From Antedon mediterranea (Eukaryota > Animalia > Echinodermata): 64,000 nucleotides of DNA. The notes beneath the pieces are model-generated. The model did no database searches, had not been told where the DNA came from, and saw only the letters and a list, made by a program, of their open reading frames with translations. The DNA lies in contig NC_092672.1 in the NCBI RefSeq assembly GCF_964355755.1, positions 3,100,001 through 3,164,000 of the forward strand, given 5' to 3'. Of the stretch, positions 1 to 14,253 are shown piece after piece; within the stretch, counting starts at the first letter, position 1; each line of letters begins with the position of its first letter. The position numbers and the translations under genes were made by a program.

Positions 1-1418
1 AGACAAACAGTTACAAGATAATCAGAAATCTGCCGAGGTTCCCTCATCATAAATATTGCACACTCTGAATGCTCTCGGCGGTACATGACACACTGTTATT
101 GGAGCGGAATTAAGAATTTTACAGCTGTAACTGGCAAGAAATGATTTGGGAGGATTTTATTACTTTTAATACACTAAACTTACAGAGTAGCCTACGGCCC
201 TGAAAGTTAATTTTTGTTTACTGCCCACTGTTGAGAATATTGTCACGCCTTCTCTGATGGATTAAAAATTGTGTTTGTCGCCCTCTATAATTCCGCCTAT
301 ACAACACACAATGAAGAAACGAAAGTTGCACAATAACTTAATTAACCACAAAGTGTGTGATTATAGTTTCTGATACTGGCGAAAAAAAACAGCAATAATA
401 TATACAAGAGGAAATTTAAAAGTGAATACTTGGCCTCATACTACATTTCTATAACAATCAAACATTCTTAATGCATTAAAAACATTAGATGAGTAGTAGT
501 AATTAGTGTTTATTTTTGATTAATATATGTAACTTTACTTTCTATGGTCCATAGATTCCGAAATAAAAGATTGAATAAATAATCAAATCACATCGTCTTA
601 CTTCAATTTTGCTCATTTAATTATAATTAATTTGAAATAAAAGACTATAATTGTATATATGCCATTTTGCATAATATTGTGGATAATCATAAATAAATGT
701 AAATAAATCATAAACATCTTACGTAACAAATAGCATTTTAACTTAATAAAATACATGTATATGGTATTAAAAAAAACAACATGTCATACCCTGGGTCGTG
801 TGTCATTTAACTCTGTTCACGAAATAACAAAGAATAAAATACGCAAAATCAACTAATTTTAATATTGCAAACCAGTTAATTGTAATTTAGGATAAATGGC
901 AAGGTTTTAAATTAAATTAATTCGTACACGCGTGCAATATTTCTGAATAAAGCAAATTTATTTATAATTTTACTTCCCTATTAAATGAAATGTCAAAACT
1001 ATCACTTTGAACTCAATTTCTATTATATCTGTTATTTGTTATTGCTTTCATATTAAGAACAAAAGTTGTACTGAGATGCCTGAAAAATCTTTATTTTGTT
1101 TTACTACTTTACAACTCATTTTTTATATCAACTACAAAAAAAAAAAAATTAATATATGCGTGTTACAACGCTAATGTCGTAAACAGTGAAATATCAGCTT
1201 CAGTAAAAACCTCCAGCTAGCTACTAATATTGAAACATCAACAGCTTATGTAGTAAATAAAAAAAAACAAAACAACATCTACTGTAGTTATTGGAGTAAC
1301 AAAATTGCCTCATAGTTAATGTAGTTGCTATGGAGACAGCTGGAGGTTTTAGCATAAGCTGTGGATTGCTCTACATTAAACGGTTGTTACGATTTGCTGG
1401 CGACCACCAGTCGTTTAA

Positions 1419-1465
1419 TCATGGAGGTACAGTATAAAATAATAATAATATTTTATACCTCCATG
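1419..1465. mobile_element. Small palindromic MITE remnant (catggaggta...tacctccatg); second copy at ~41389-41433
   Basis: Short inverted repeat around an AT spacer, present in both NLR introns. Confidence 0.4.
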
Positions 1466-1659
1466 CTTTAACCGAGTTTTATTTCTGATTGATAATAAAT
1501 TGTGTTTGTCGCCCTCTATATTATTTACTTGGTTTACTACTTCGGCGCGGCTCCAGCACTTCTTATTGTATTACAATACTAGAAATTACAAGGCCCTTAT
1601 TAAATAAAATAAATTTATTTTACTAAAATATTGTTTTTGCCATTTTTCTTCGCATCTAG

Positions 1660-3647
1660 ACAAGATTGAAGAATATCTGCTTCAAAGACAAAAGAAATTG
1701 TGTAGCCAGGCCAGTATATTTACACCAGAAACAATGCGTGATAGATACAAAGTTGACATTTCGCAGATGTTCACTGATTTAGAACTACTGAAAGAAGGTG
1801 ACAAGAATGAAGGCTGCAAGCCAACAACATTAACAGAAGTGGTAGATGTTATCAGCTCCACACCTGGATGTAGAGCTCTTATAGATGGAGAGGGTGGGAT
1901 AGGTAAAACTACCATATTAAGGCATTTATCATACAACTGGGCTACGGCTACACAATCGATTAAAGCATTTGAAGGCAAAATTGTATTTCTTTTAAGTGTA
2001 CGTGATTTAGACAAAGATGATAACATTTCCAATCTCATTGTAAAGCAACTGGATATGGAAGATTTTAATTTAAAAACAGATCTCCCAGAGGACCCACGGT
2101 TAATTAAGAAATTCATAAACAAACATGACGATAAAGTTGTACTGCTACTAGATGGGTTAGACGAATTGAGATTTAATAATCCGAGCATAATTAGTCTGTT
2201 CAAAAAGAACAACCTAGAAGAAAGTACCGTGATACTTACTTCACGATCAGAAAACATAGACGAATTCGTAAAAGAGAGTAACGTACATGTAAGAGTTAAT
2301 GGATTTAATAACAAGAGCATAGGAAAGTACATTGACAAACATTTTGAGTATTTTGAAAAATCACAATTGGGAAAATCCCTTAAAAAGGAATTAGATATTG
2401 ACACGTATCTTGAAACAGTTAGGCCTACGTTCATGCAGCTTAAACATCCTGAAGCGTACGCAATGTGCAAAAACCCGATGCTACTTCTTTCACTCTGTAT
2501 ATTGTGGGAAGATAATCAAAGTCTCCCCGAAGATAAAACTGACCTCTTCAAAGAACTCTTTCGTAGTATTTTGAATCAGTTCAACAAACGAGAAAACATA
2601 ACAAAGATTTCTGAATTTGAAAAAACACCAGTGAAGTATGTAAATGCTATGATTTTATTAGGGAAATTTATGTATGATAGCTTAAAAGTAAACCAACTTT
2701 CAATAAACAAAACGGATTTGACTAAACATTCGAACAAAGCTATGGTTGATATGGCCTTAAAACTCGGGTTCGTTTACGAAGAAGCGCCAATTTCAAAATC
2801 TAAATTTGATAACATTTTTATGCCTCCTCACAAATTGATAGTAGAGTCATTGGTGGGATTATACTTGTGCAAATTATGTGAAAGTGAAGGTATGGAGAAT
2901 GAGTGCTCAGATGTACGAACATTACTTACACCATTGGATGATGATGAGTGGGAGGTGATACGAGAGAGTGAGCATTTATACAGAGCGAGAGAGTTTGCAA
3001 TTGGTTTCCTTGGTGATAAAGCTGGCGGTTTCCTCAAGCACTGGGTTACAAATAGTTTGTCAACATATCGCAATCTGCCGAGAAATTTAAACTTTGTTAA
3101 AAAACAACATAAAGATGCTGTGGTAAATGAATTAATTAATCACATGACAAGCAAAGATTTCGAAATAAATAATCATTTGGATGATATATCTACCTCCATA
3201 AGAATGTTGATTGATTACATTAGTCCAGGTGTACAATGTGACGGGCATTTCATACGTCTAATTATGCAATTGTATTGTATGCGATATGATCGTGATAGTG
3301 TCGATGTCTTTTGTAGTAAGATGGCACGTGAGCGAAAGGGAAGAGTTATTGCACACATTTTAGGCATTGAAGATAAATGTGACTGGGTTTTGATTCGGAA
3401 TCTATCACGTGATGTATTTCATGACTTTGTATCAGAATGTTCTCTCAAACAAGTTCAATTAGCATTATCTCATCTCACTATCTCTGGTAGTAACCTTCAC
3501 AACATTGATGTTAATTCAATGTCTTCATTACTCATTATGTGTCCTAAGCTGAGGGACCTTGTCATGATTAATTGCAATCTATCAGCTGATGTCATTCGTC
3601 ACGTGTCTGAAAAGTGTTCAATAAGAAATATTACATTTTATCATTAG
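1660..3647 (+). CDS. NLR receptor copy 1, terminal NACHT + short LRR exon (5' exons lie upstream of the window)
   Basis: Polypyrimidine acceptor catttttcttcgcatctag|AC at 1659/1660. The ORF has Walker A GEGGIGKTT, Walker B LLLDGLDE, VILTSR, CKNPMLL, the winged-helix-like F.PPHKLIVESL, and C-terminal LxxLxLxxN/CxL repeats. It is near-identical to 41613-43690. Confidence 0.9.
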
Positions 3648-3886
3648 TTAGTTTTCACTGATAACGTATGTTACTTCTACTATAAAACAAACACATTTTT
3701 AAATCTCGCAGCAAGCAGGTGTCAATTTTCAATATCGCAAATAATTGCAATTCTAACATTAAATTTGTATTCAATATAAAAACGACCTTTTATGTATAAA
3801 TCGTATAGTAGATTAAATCAATATGATAATCTAAAACAATAGCTTTTATAAAATGTTTTTAAACATTTTATTTTGCCATACTTCTT

Positions 3887-3930
3887 ACCTTCATCGACGG
3901 AGCGCGCGCGCGTACTTCCGCACGCGGCAC
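3887..3930 (-). promoter_or_regulatory. Putative antisense CpG promoter / first micro-exon (ATG AAG|GTAAGA)
   Basis: The - strand reads CGGAAGT-A-(CG)5-CTCCGTCG-ATGAAG|GTAAGA: an ETS-type core, a CpG cluster in AT-rich DNA and a consensus donor. Conserved in copy 2. Confidence 0.4.
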
Positions 3931-4627
3931 TCTAGCAACGCAAGTAATAATTATTAACAGCTGTAGCAATGCAGATAAACAAGAATGTTTGTTTCTTATT
4001 CATTATAATCTTTATAATAAGCTGTGCTGCCATATTTAATGTAAATTATTCTTTTATAATAATGCAATGTTTTTTACTTGATATATTGTATAGAATTGGT
4101 TGTGCGTGTTTTAAAGTAATTATGTGATAATATTATATTAAATGTAATTAATACAACTCTTTATAATTAGGTTGGATGGTTAAAAACTAAAAGTAAAGTG
4201 GTACAACTTGAAACTACAAAACATAACATGAACATAGTGATGAAACGTAATTTGTTATCAAAAGCAGTTTTATTAAATGAAAACGTAATTAGAAATTATA
4301 TTAACAAATAAACACATTATTAGATGTCTTTGGCACAGTAACAACAACAAAACAAAGTTGTAGTAGAATTTGTAAAACTAAAAATAACAAAAATAAAACA
4401 ATGAAGACATTATATAATATAGTTTGATATCAATGATTAGTTTCATTGCTGTGTTTTTAAATATATTTTTTGATGTAGACTTATTTGTTATGATGTAGAA
4501 ATAGTGAAATATAATTAAGTATAAAATAAATTTAAGGGTGAAAATATATAGATTGGAATAATTAAAAGTTCTACTTAATTTTCAGATATATTTGTGTACA
4601 GTCTTTGATTTTCTTTATGTTGTAAGA

Positions 4628-4779
4628 GTAATAACACTTGGTGTTAACAATAGTTTAAACCTGAACACTGTGCTGACTTGTAATAACACTTGGTGTTAAC
4701 AATAGTTTAAACCTGAACACTGTGCTGACTTGTAATAACACTTGGTGTTAACAATAGTTTAAACCTGAACACTGTGCTG
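4628..4779. repeat. 52-bp minisatellite, 3 copies
   Basis: Unit gtaataacacttggtgttaacaatagtttaaacctgaacactgtgctgactt. Confidence 0.95.
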
Positions 4780-5759
4780 TGCCGAAAATAACAGTAACTA
4801 CTTGCATAGAACTAAATGTCATAAATACCATTAACAATCCCAGATTTCAATTTGTGCAATATTGGGTATACAGTATGTGAACCCAGTACTGAGATCTTTA
4901 ACTCCATGACATTCTCATCGCACGATTCCAGAACCTTAAACACTTCATTCTCCTTTACTGGTTTCAATTTTTTTCCCGCGTTATTCCCAACAAGGCGCTG
5001 AGATCCAATAGGAGCTCAAGATCTGCGTCGCTGATGACAGTTTTTGATAATGCCAGAGTGATCAGTGGAGCGTAACACTTTTAGTGGTTCCATGGGATCC
5101 ATCACAGCTTTTGAGTCTCTCACCATAGTTTTACTGCCTTTGAATTTACCTAAAAAAAACAAGATAATGAATTTTTGAAATGAATGAGAACAATCAATGC
5201 CTAGAAGTTTGCATACTACTGTAGAAGTCTATAAAACAATATGATTAGTTTAACGTATCATTTGAATAAACGCCCCGGGCGTTTATTGTTCAGGAGGGTT
5301 TTTAGGGAGGTGTGAAAGACAAAACTGACCTTGATGAATGACCATCTTCTCCAGCTTCTTTTTTGCAGCTGCTCTCTCCACTATCTTCTGGTCAATGGTG
5401 TTAATGGTCACTAACCTGTAGACAATCACTGGCTTTTCTTTACCAATTCTGTGGCATCTATCTTGGGCTTGTAGATCTGACTGTGGATTCTATAATATAA
5501 CTATAAATGCTACTTTACAATGTATTGAAAGTCACTACACTAAAACAAACATTACACCACAAGCTTGTGACTAATTATTATAACATGGGTTCAAGGATGA
5601 AGACGCGCTGAAATGAGTCACTAGTGCGCTCTTTATTTTTTCACTATCACGCACTTGAGTGCAAAAAGTGCGCCGCAAAAAAGTATATTGCACTCTGTGT
5701 GTAAATCGTATGGCAGATTATTGATCACGCTGTAGTAAAATGTAGTAATTATTTATTTA

Positions 5760-6053
<294 letters not shown>

Positions 6054-6322
6054 TTAAGACAAACACATTTTCCATTTTTTCTCAGTCAAAACATTCATTA
6101 TACTAATTAACATAATAAAGCAGTAGTTGCTAAAATCAGAATGTGTGTATCAACTTAATTCAGTATCATTTATATTTACAAGTTCTTCCAAATAATTCTA
6201 AATTTCTTCATCTTCACCATGCGGGTGCTTACATGTTGTTGTCTCTCAGCAAAAGCCATGCTGCCATCTAGACGACAGTAGTTGTGGTTTCTTAAGTGGC
6301 AGTAATCTTCAAGTATGTCAAG

Positions 6323-6690
6323 CATTGAGGTCATCTGGGAAAAGATGAGGACCTACAGACAAACAGATCAAACATTGAGGTCATCTGGGAAAAGATAAGG
6401 ACCTATAGACAGACAAATATATCAGACATTGAGGTCATCTGGGAAAAGATAAGGACCTATAGACAGACAAATATATCAGACATTGAGGTCATCTGGGAAA
6501 AGATGAGGACCTATAGACAGACAAATATATCAGACATTGAGGTCATCTGGGAAAAGATGAGGACCTACAGACAAACAGACAAACAGATCAAACATGGAGG
6601 TCATCTGGGAAAAGATAAGGACCTATAGACAAACAGATCAGACATGGAGGTCATCTGGGAAAAGATGAGGACCTACAGACAAACAGACAT
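6323..6690. repeat. ~50-58-bp tandem repeat, ~7 copies, spanning a HELLS splice acceptor
   Basis: Unit cattgaggtcatctgggaaaagatgaggacctacagacaaacagatcaaa, which is the acceptor plus the first codons ([10 protein letters not shown]) of the exon. Confidence 0.9.
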
Positions 6691-6999
6691 ATAATTCAGA
6701 TGTTTTTACAAAATAATCTGGTACCAATTGCCAATTTCATTAACTGATTGCATTCTTTAAAACTAACATGAATATTTAAGATTGATACCTTGTGTCCACG
6801 CTTCTTTAGTTCAGGTAACATTCTCGCCAACACTAAAAGCTTTCCGCATGACTTGACAAAATCCTCGTCAACTTTGAACTGTTGCGTGACCGGATCAAGT
6901 GGATATTCCAGTAGGTAAGGATGGTTACAGCATTTTCTTAGTTGCATTACAATGTTTTGAAGCTTAATATTAACTACTGATTCTGTATTTGATGGGGTC

Positions 7000-7703
7000 A
7001 CACCAGGTGCAGTTGGTTCTCTGAAATAAATAATAAAAGGGGCATAAAGTAATGTACTCATGGATGTTGTAGTGGTTGAGGTGGACAGGGATACCCTCTC
7101 ACCAGATGCAGTCGCTTCTCTGAAATAAATAATAAAAGGGGCATAAAGTAATGTACTCATGGATGTTGTAGTGGTTGAGGTGGACAGGGATACCCTCTCA
7201 CCAGGTGCAGTAGCTTCTCTGAAATAAATAATAAAAGGGGCATAAAGTAATGTACTCATGGATGTTGTAGTGGTTGAGGTGGACAGGGATACCCTCTCAC
7301 CAGGTGCAGTTGGTTCTCTGAAATAAATAATAAAAGGAGTATAAAGTAATGTATTCATGGATGTTGTAGTGGTTGAGGTGGACAGGGATACCCTCTCACC
7401 AGATGCAGTCGCTTCTCTGAAATAAATAATAAAAGGGGCATAAAGTAATGTATTCATGGATGTTGTAGTGGTTGAGGTGGACAGGGATACCCTCTCACCA
7501 GATGCAGTCGCTTCTCTGAAATAAATAATAAAAGGGGCATAAAGTAATGTATTCATGGATGTTGTAGTGGTTGAGGTGGACAGGGATACCCTCTCACCAG
7601 ATGCAGTCGCTTCTCTGAAATAAATAATAAAAGGGGCATAAAGTAATGTACTCATGGATGTTGTAGTGGTGGAGGTAGACAGGGATACCCTCTCACCAGG
7701 TGC
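7000..7703. repeat. 99-bp tandem repeat, ~7 copies, spanning a HELLS splice acceptor
   Basis: Accounts for the 33-aa repeats in ORF 6696..7823. Each unit on - reads tttatttcag|AGAAGCGACTGCATCTG|gtgaga. Confidence 0.92.
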
Positions 7704-9513
7704 TAAGCATCTGTTCCGACTACAGGACATAGATATAGCACTAACCAACACCATACTACAAAGAATAATTTCAACAAAGCACTCACCCCATGCCACCTGA
7801 ATACAACAAAATATTTTTTCCATTCAATCTTAACTTGTTGGTACTTACGCCTAGACTTCTCTACTACAACTATTGTAAACTCACTTGGCAAATGTGTCTC
7901 TAATCTTTTTGTACCAATCTTCAACATCATCAGATTCCTCAGTTTCATTAAATACAATGGAGCAGTCGACCGTTTTAGAGCATCCTCTCTTGGGTCGACC
8001 TTTTGGGGGTCTATGTTACCTCTTCTTTTTTCTGTGGAACAAAAGGACGCCAAGATGAGTGACAACAACATTCTTTTTATATACACTTCAATAGTTTGGA
8101 ACTTAATAACATAAGGCACCTAAACAAACTATAGAAAGTGTGGCACTCGATTTTTTAACTTTTAGTTATCAACCAATCATTGGCTAATTCCTACTGCAAT
8201 TTTTCAGCTGCAGAATCTCGCCTCATTTATTTTAGCAGGTGTTTCTTATTTCATGTTAACTAACCCTAGATACTCTGGCTTGTAGGCAGCTAGGTTGATT
8301 ATAACAGAGCAATGGCACATGATACACTGTTCTTACCTTGGGTTTGACCTTATCAATAATTGACCTGTCTAGAGTTGATGTGTAGAATTCTTGTTGAATA
8401 CTCATCATTGGTGCATTTACAATGATCTCTTTCTTTGGGGGTATTGTCAGGTCAACATCTGTCTTTAAGCGTCGTAATAAAAATGGCGTCAAGATCTATA
8501 AGATAAAAACAGTTTTAATACAGAATAAAATTACAAACAGAAAATATCAACATTAATCTGTGCATGCATTTAAGCCCAGTATAATCTGTTCCAATCTCAT
8601 CGGGACTATAATTGGTCGATTTAACGTTCGGTCTGATAGACGGAGCAATTACCGTTCCCTTCGTTTTTGATCTAAGAAACTGTTAACTGATTTGTTGGCA
8701 GTACCTGGTGCATCATGGATATAACATGTTGTTCTCTCTCCTTAGCTCCTTAGCTACAATGGCTTCTTCATCTTTGTGACTTGAAAATGAATTAAAATCA
8801 AACCAGGATTCAAACATGAAAAATAAAATAAAGAAAATTTACATCCACATCAGTTTTGTTCTTATACAGAGGGAAATTGTTTGGTGGGCAGTGATTGACA
8901 TGTTTGCCTGCTCCGGAAAATAAAAATCATGTCGCATTTTGTTTTGTTTTCACAACGCACCATGTTCCATGTTCTTTTTCCTCGATATGCGTGTAGCTGC
9001 ATGAAACGTCATGAAAACAAAAAGTCACTAATGCTGTACGACGCACAATCTGTTGTGAACCTCAACTGGAGCTGGACCGGATCCAAATTGATAACAATTA
9101 ATACTTACGTTTGTAGATCATCAAACACTTCTGGTAGTAAGAAGTTTAGCATAGACCACAACTCAGACAGGTTGTTTTGAAGTGGGGTACCAGTAAGTAG
9201 AAGTCTGTTAGCAGATTGGTACGTCTTCAGTTCTCTAAAATAAACATAGTTGAATACAAATCAAACAATTTATCTTACCACCTTATTATTTAAATAGCTT
9301 GTATAAAGTTGGAGGCAAATTTGGACTGATATAAATTCATTACAAACATGTTGGGATATTTCTATAAACATGATGATGGTGGTTTCCAAACAGTGAAAGT
9401 GGTAGGTAAGACTAGGTTATGAACAGACTTAAGTTGGTATATGAAATATAAGCTGGGTAGAATCAATTTAGGTTAGGCTCAACTTCACTCAGCACAAATA
9501 CTTCTTTACATGA

Positions 9514-10320
<807 letters not shown>

Positions 10321-12826
10321 CCAGGCTTATAGATAGTAGTAGTAGGCTACTAAAAACTAGGCTAGTTAGAAGTCACACTTCCCTCCTGCGACTCTCTAGT
10401 TTGTGTGGGCTAGAAAAGAGAGAAAAAAAGAGTGGTACACGCACGACTGCTGGCTGCCTGTGTGTGGTGGAGGCCTAGGCTAGGCCTAGAATAGGCCCAG
10501 TCAGGCAGGGGGATAACAATTGAATAATATTAATAATTGATGTGTTCATAATTATTTGTCACGTTAATAGTTAGGTGCCATGCAGGCACCAGTAGAGTCT
10601 AGGCCTAGCGTATTACCAAAAAAGAAACAAACTAACACCCAGCTTACCTAAGTTTTGTGGCTCTTAGAAGAAACTACAACAGGCCTAGGCCTACACCTTT
10701 TTATTATTCATAAAGGCCGCGCTGTGTGAATTGAAACCAAACCATTATTCCACCTGCTCCTCTCCAAAGGATTGTATACGACGCGGCGCTATACAATCTT
10801 TGCCATGCATGATGCCTGCTCTTCTCATTTTAAATAGAAACCAAAGAGCGCCTTCAACGGACAACATGACACCGTACCAGTTTAAAAAAAATTTATTTTA
10901 CCAATTTAATTTTTCATCAGTCACTATTTCGATATCAAAATATAACTCAATTCGTTTATTTTTTTCGTACCCAGCATTTAAATACAATACAACAACAATT
11001 GTTTTGTAATATTGCCGGCGCAGTGACGATGCGATAATGCTTAGTCATCATCATCAGTGGCGGATCTAGGGGGGGGGGGGGCGTATGGGGAGTACGCCCC
11101 CCCCCCCCCACCTATTTTTTAAAGATTTTTTTTTTTTTTTAAATTAAATAGATGTTAAAAACACGTATCGTTTCGACGGTCATCAATCACCGATGGTTTG
11201 AACATTTTCATAGAGAAAATAGTACTTCGGAGCACATCGTCAGCTTGATCGCATTCCACCAAGCATGTACGTCGATCCTTTGTGTAGCCTACTATCAATC
11301 TCTAGCGTTACCAACGATCATTCACAGTTAATAAGTGTAAAAGGAGCAAGATGATAACAGCCACGTGGTGAGCTTGGTCGCGTTCCACTAAGCAGGTCGG
11401 CATCCTTTGTGATCGTCACTCCCGTATTGTAGAGTAGCGGTTAGCGGTACCTCCGCCGTCGATCAGTAGAGTTGATGAAGCCACATGGTCAGTGCTACTA
11501 TACTACGCGCCCATTTATTAAGTACAATAAAAACAAAGGCTAGGACTCAGGGGCGGTCGCAGGACTATTTTAAGAGAGTTGCCCAAAGAGTCTATAAGGC
11601 TGTGTAGACACATGAGTATTTGAGCCACAGGCGAAGCAAATTGTTAAAAGACACCCCCTAGATGGCCGCAAATGGTACTCTCGCACGTAAAATTCATGAT
11701 AAATTGCACCTCTAGTTCGCCGGAAATGTCACTCATAGCGCTAGCAAACAGAGGATTGTAGCCTATAACATACGCGACTAACAATATAGGATAACGTCAC
11801 GGGGAAGTCCCCGTAAATTAGTAAATTACCAATGGTTTATTCAAATTCATTACTGTATACTAATCCCTCGCTATTCAATTAAAATTGTATTATTACTACT
11901 ATATTGTTGAAAATGGATTGCGTGATATGAAAATGAATTGATAGTAAAACGTAACAAAGATACGTTCTTGTCTGGTTATTAGGTATTCATGCTCTGATGA
12001 AGCGGAGGATTAATTTTGTAGAGTTCCATTTAAAATAAATTTTGTTACAAAGAAATATTTTGGTTGTGGAGGTCGTTAAATTCGCTGGCGCCAGCATTAC
12101 TTCTTTTACCAATTTTAACAATTAAGCTAACAACAAAACTCTGTAACTACTTTAAGCCTATCAAGATCCGGTTCTTGCAAAGAACTATACATTCATTTCA
12201 ATATTCCAATATTCATTTCGTAGCAACAACTGCGCACCTATCTTTGAGGTCAACTTTAATATCACGATCACATGCCGCTATTGACTTTGGCCGTGACGTT
12301 ACAAAAGCTGTTCCACAGTTAGTGCAGGTCTTTCTGTACTGTAGACAATAGGATATTACTGAAGTCTATATTTATTCACTCAAAATTACACAGATAGTAT
12401 TTTAGAAAAACACACAGGATTCTCGATATAAATGTATATATAATACCAATACCTTACCTGTTATAGACCTTTTGAAGAAATTGTATTATTTGGTGCCAAT
12501 CAGAGTTCATTAAAACACACACACTTACAAACACTATCAAAATCCAGGCACAATACCAAAACAAGAGACACTTTTTTTTGACACAAGAATCATAAAGATG
12601 AACGCACTATAACAACAACATGTTATAGACAGGCTACTATAAAATAGTTTCAAACATTATGACAAACACATTAACACATCCAAGAGAGAGGGCAGTCAAT
12701 ACGAGTACTAACTCACTTGCCTCCTGATTTACGTAAAGGTAAGAAATTACAAAACACGGTACTACCTATAAAACATTTTTCATATACAGCAACACAATAG
12801 CGATAAGACGGAAGTTGCCTTAATTA

Positions 12827-13040
12827 AGCCTGTTTCCTGTCGACGTTATTCGACGCTATCGTCCGTCGTCGTTGATCGTTAACAGTTCAACGACGATCGT
12901 TTGAAAACGATCAAGTTGAAATGATAACGATACCGAGTACCTTTTTCTGTAAATCGTTAACATTTCAATGTTTACGTAGATTGAAGATCGCCGATTATTG
13001 TTAACGATAGCGTCGAAAAACGTCGACAGGAAAACAGGCT
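12827..13040. mobile_element. PIF/Harbinger (Tourist-like) MITE
   Basis: TIRs AGCCTGTTT(T)CCTGTCGACG with a TTA TSD and a palindromic body. Confidence 0.75.
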
Positions 13041-13227
13041 TTAAGATACCGGAATTACTTGTATGCAATTGACACGCAGTAATTTGAAGGCAATTCCGTT
13101 TGAATCGTGTTTGTAGTTTGTTGACGCGCGCGTGTTGTGTTTAAAATGTTACTTGTAATACTAATTGCAGATTCATTTGGACCTTCCCATAATGCATTGG
13201 TGCGTGGAGTTTCATTCATCATTATAT

Positions 13228-14253
13228 CAGGGCCGTAGCCAGGATCTGTCAAGGGGGGGTTCGGACACTAAATATTTGCGAATTTTGTTAAATGACACCC
13301 CTAGATGGCCGGAAAAGACACTCTCGTGCAGCATGCTATATAACCAATGAGCAAAAAGATCGTACTTTTTTCCTCCTCCTCAAACACGTCGATAATTTAA
13401 ATGACGATAACTATTTGTTGCCGTATGTTATTGTTAGATGCGCGTGCTCTGTGCGGAACCGCCGATTGTTTTATCATTTACTCCGTATTTAGTTTTGCGT
13501 TCAAGTTCAATGCGAACGTATATCTAGGAGCAGCCCCGAAAAAAGCACACTGGGTGAAGGCAAATGCTATTTGCTAGCTCTATCTATAATATTTATTTAC
13601 AGCAATTCGTTGAGGAATATAAATATGTAAATAGGTGATATTGATACATTTTAGTACGTATCGGCTGGTGGTCTAGAAAAAAAATAATCGGATGCCATAA
13701 TGTGAACTACAGTACTTGATACCATAGATATTATAGTGTAAAATATTAATATTCACTATAATCCTCTATGATACATTATACTTCATAGTCACACATAAAT
13801 ACTGATGTACGTCGGAAGGCTATATACTTTATGCATGCTGCCTGACTGCCAGTGATCTAAACAATTATAGGTACGCAGTTGTCTGGCGGTGTCCTTTGTA
13901 CGAATCGTTCGTGCGCCAGCTCGCTATGAGACGCGTCAATATCATGTTACATGCAGGGACCAAACATTTATTTTTCAGGTTAAAATCGGCAATTCATTTG
14001 CAGCTTTAGAAATTTACAGACACGTATCACTAGTTGACGCTCATACAGAGAAGAAGGTTCACGAACAAGTTTACGAATTTTTCAATTTACAAACAACTTT
14101 TTGTACTGTGGGGCACGTATTTGGAGGATTTTTGGAGATGAGGGTGAGGTATTGGGCATGTCGGGGATGGGGGTTCGCAGTTGGTTAAGGGGGGTTCGCT
14201 GTAAAGGGGGGGGGTTCGCCCGAACCATAAAAACCCCCCTGGCTACGGGCCTG
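13228..14253 (+). mobile_element. hAT-like MITE (~1.03 kb), copy A
   Basis: TIRs CAGGGCCGTAGCCAGG / CCTGGCTACGGGCCTG with tatat on both flanks. An inverted near-identical copy is at 19535-20596. Confidence 0.85.

Noticed and set aside
1682-2470. 262-aa - strand ORF (and the 238-aa ORF at 41635..42351)
   Set aside because: Antisense shadows of the NACHT exon with no recognisable domain.
6696-7823. 375-aa ORF read as a helicase with a novel 33-aa repeat domain
   Set aside because: The repeat is an intronic 99-bp unit that happens to be stop-free; only 6789-7020 is a HELLS exon.
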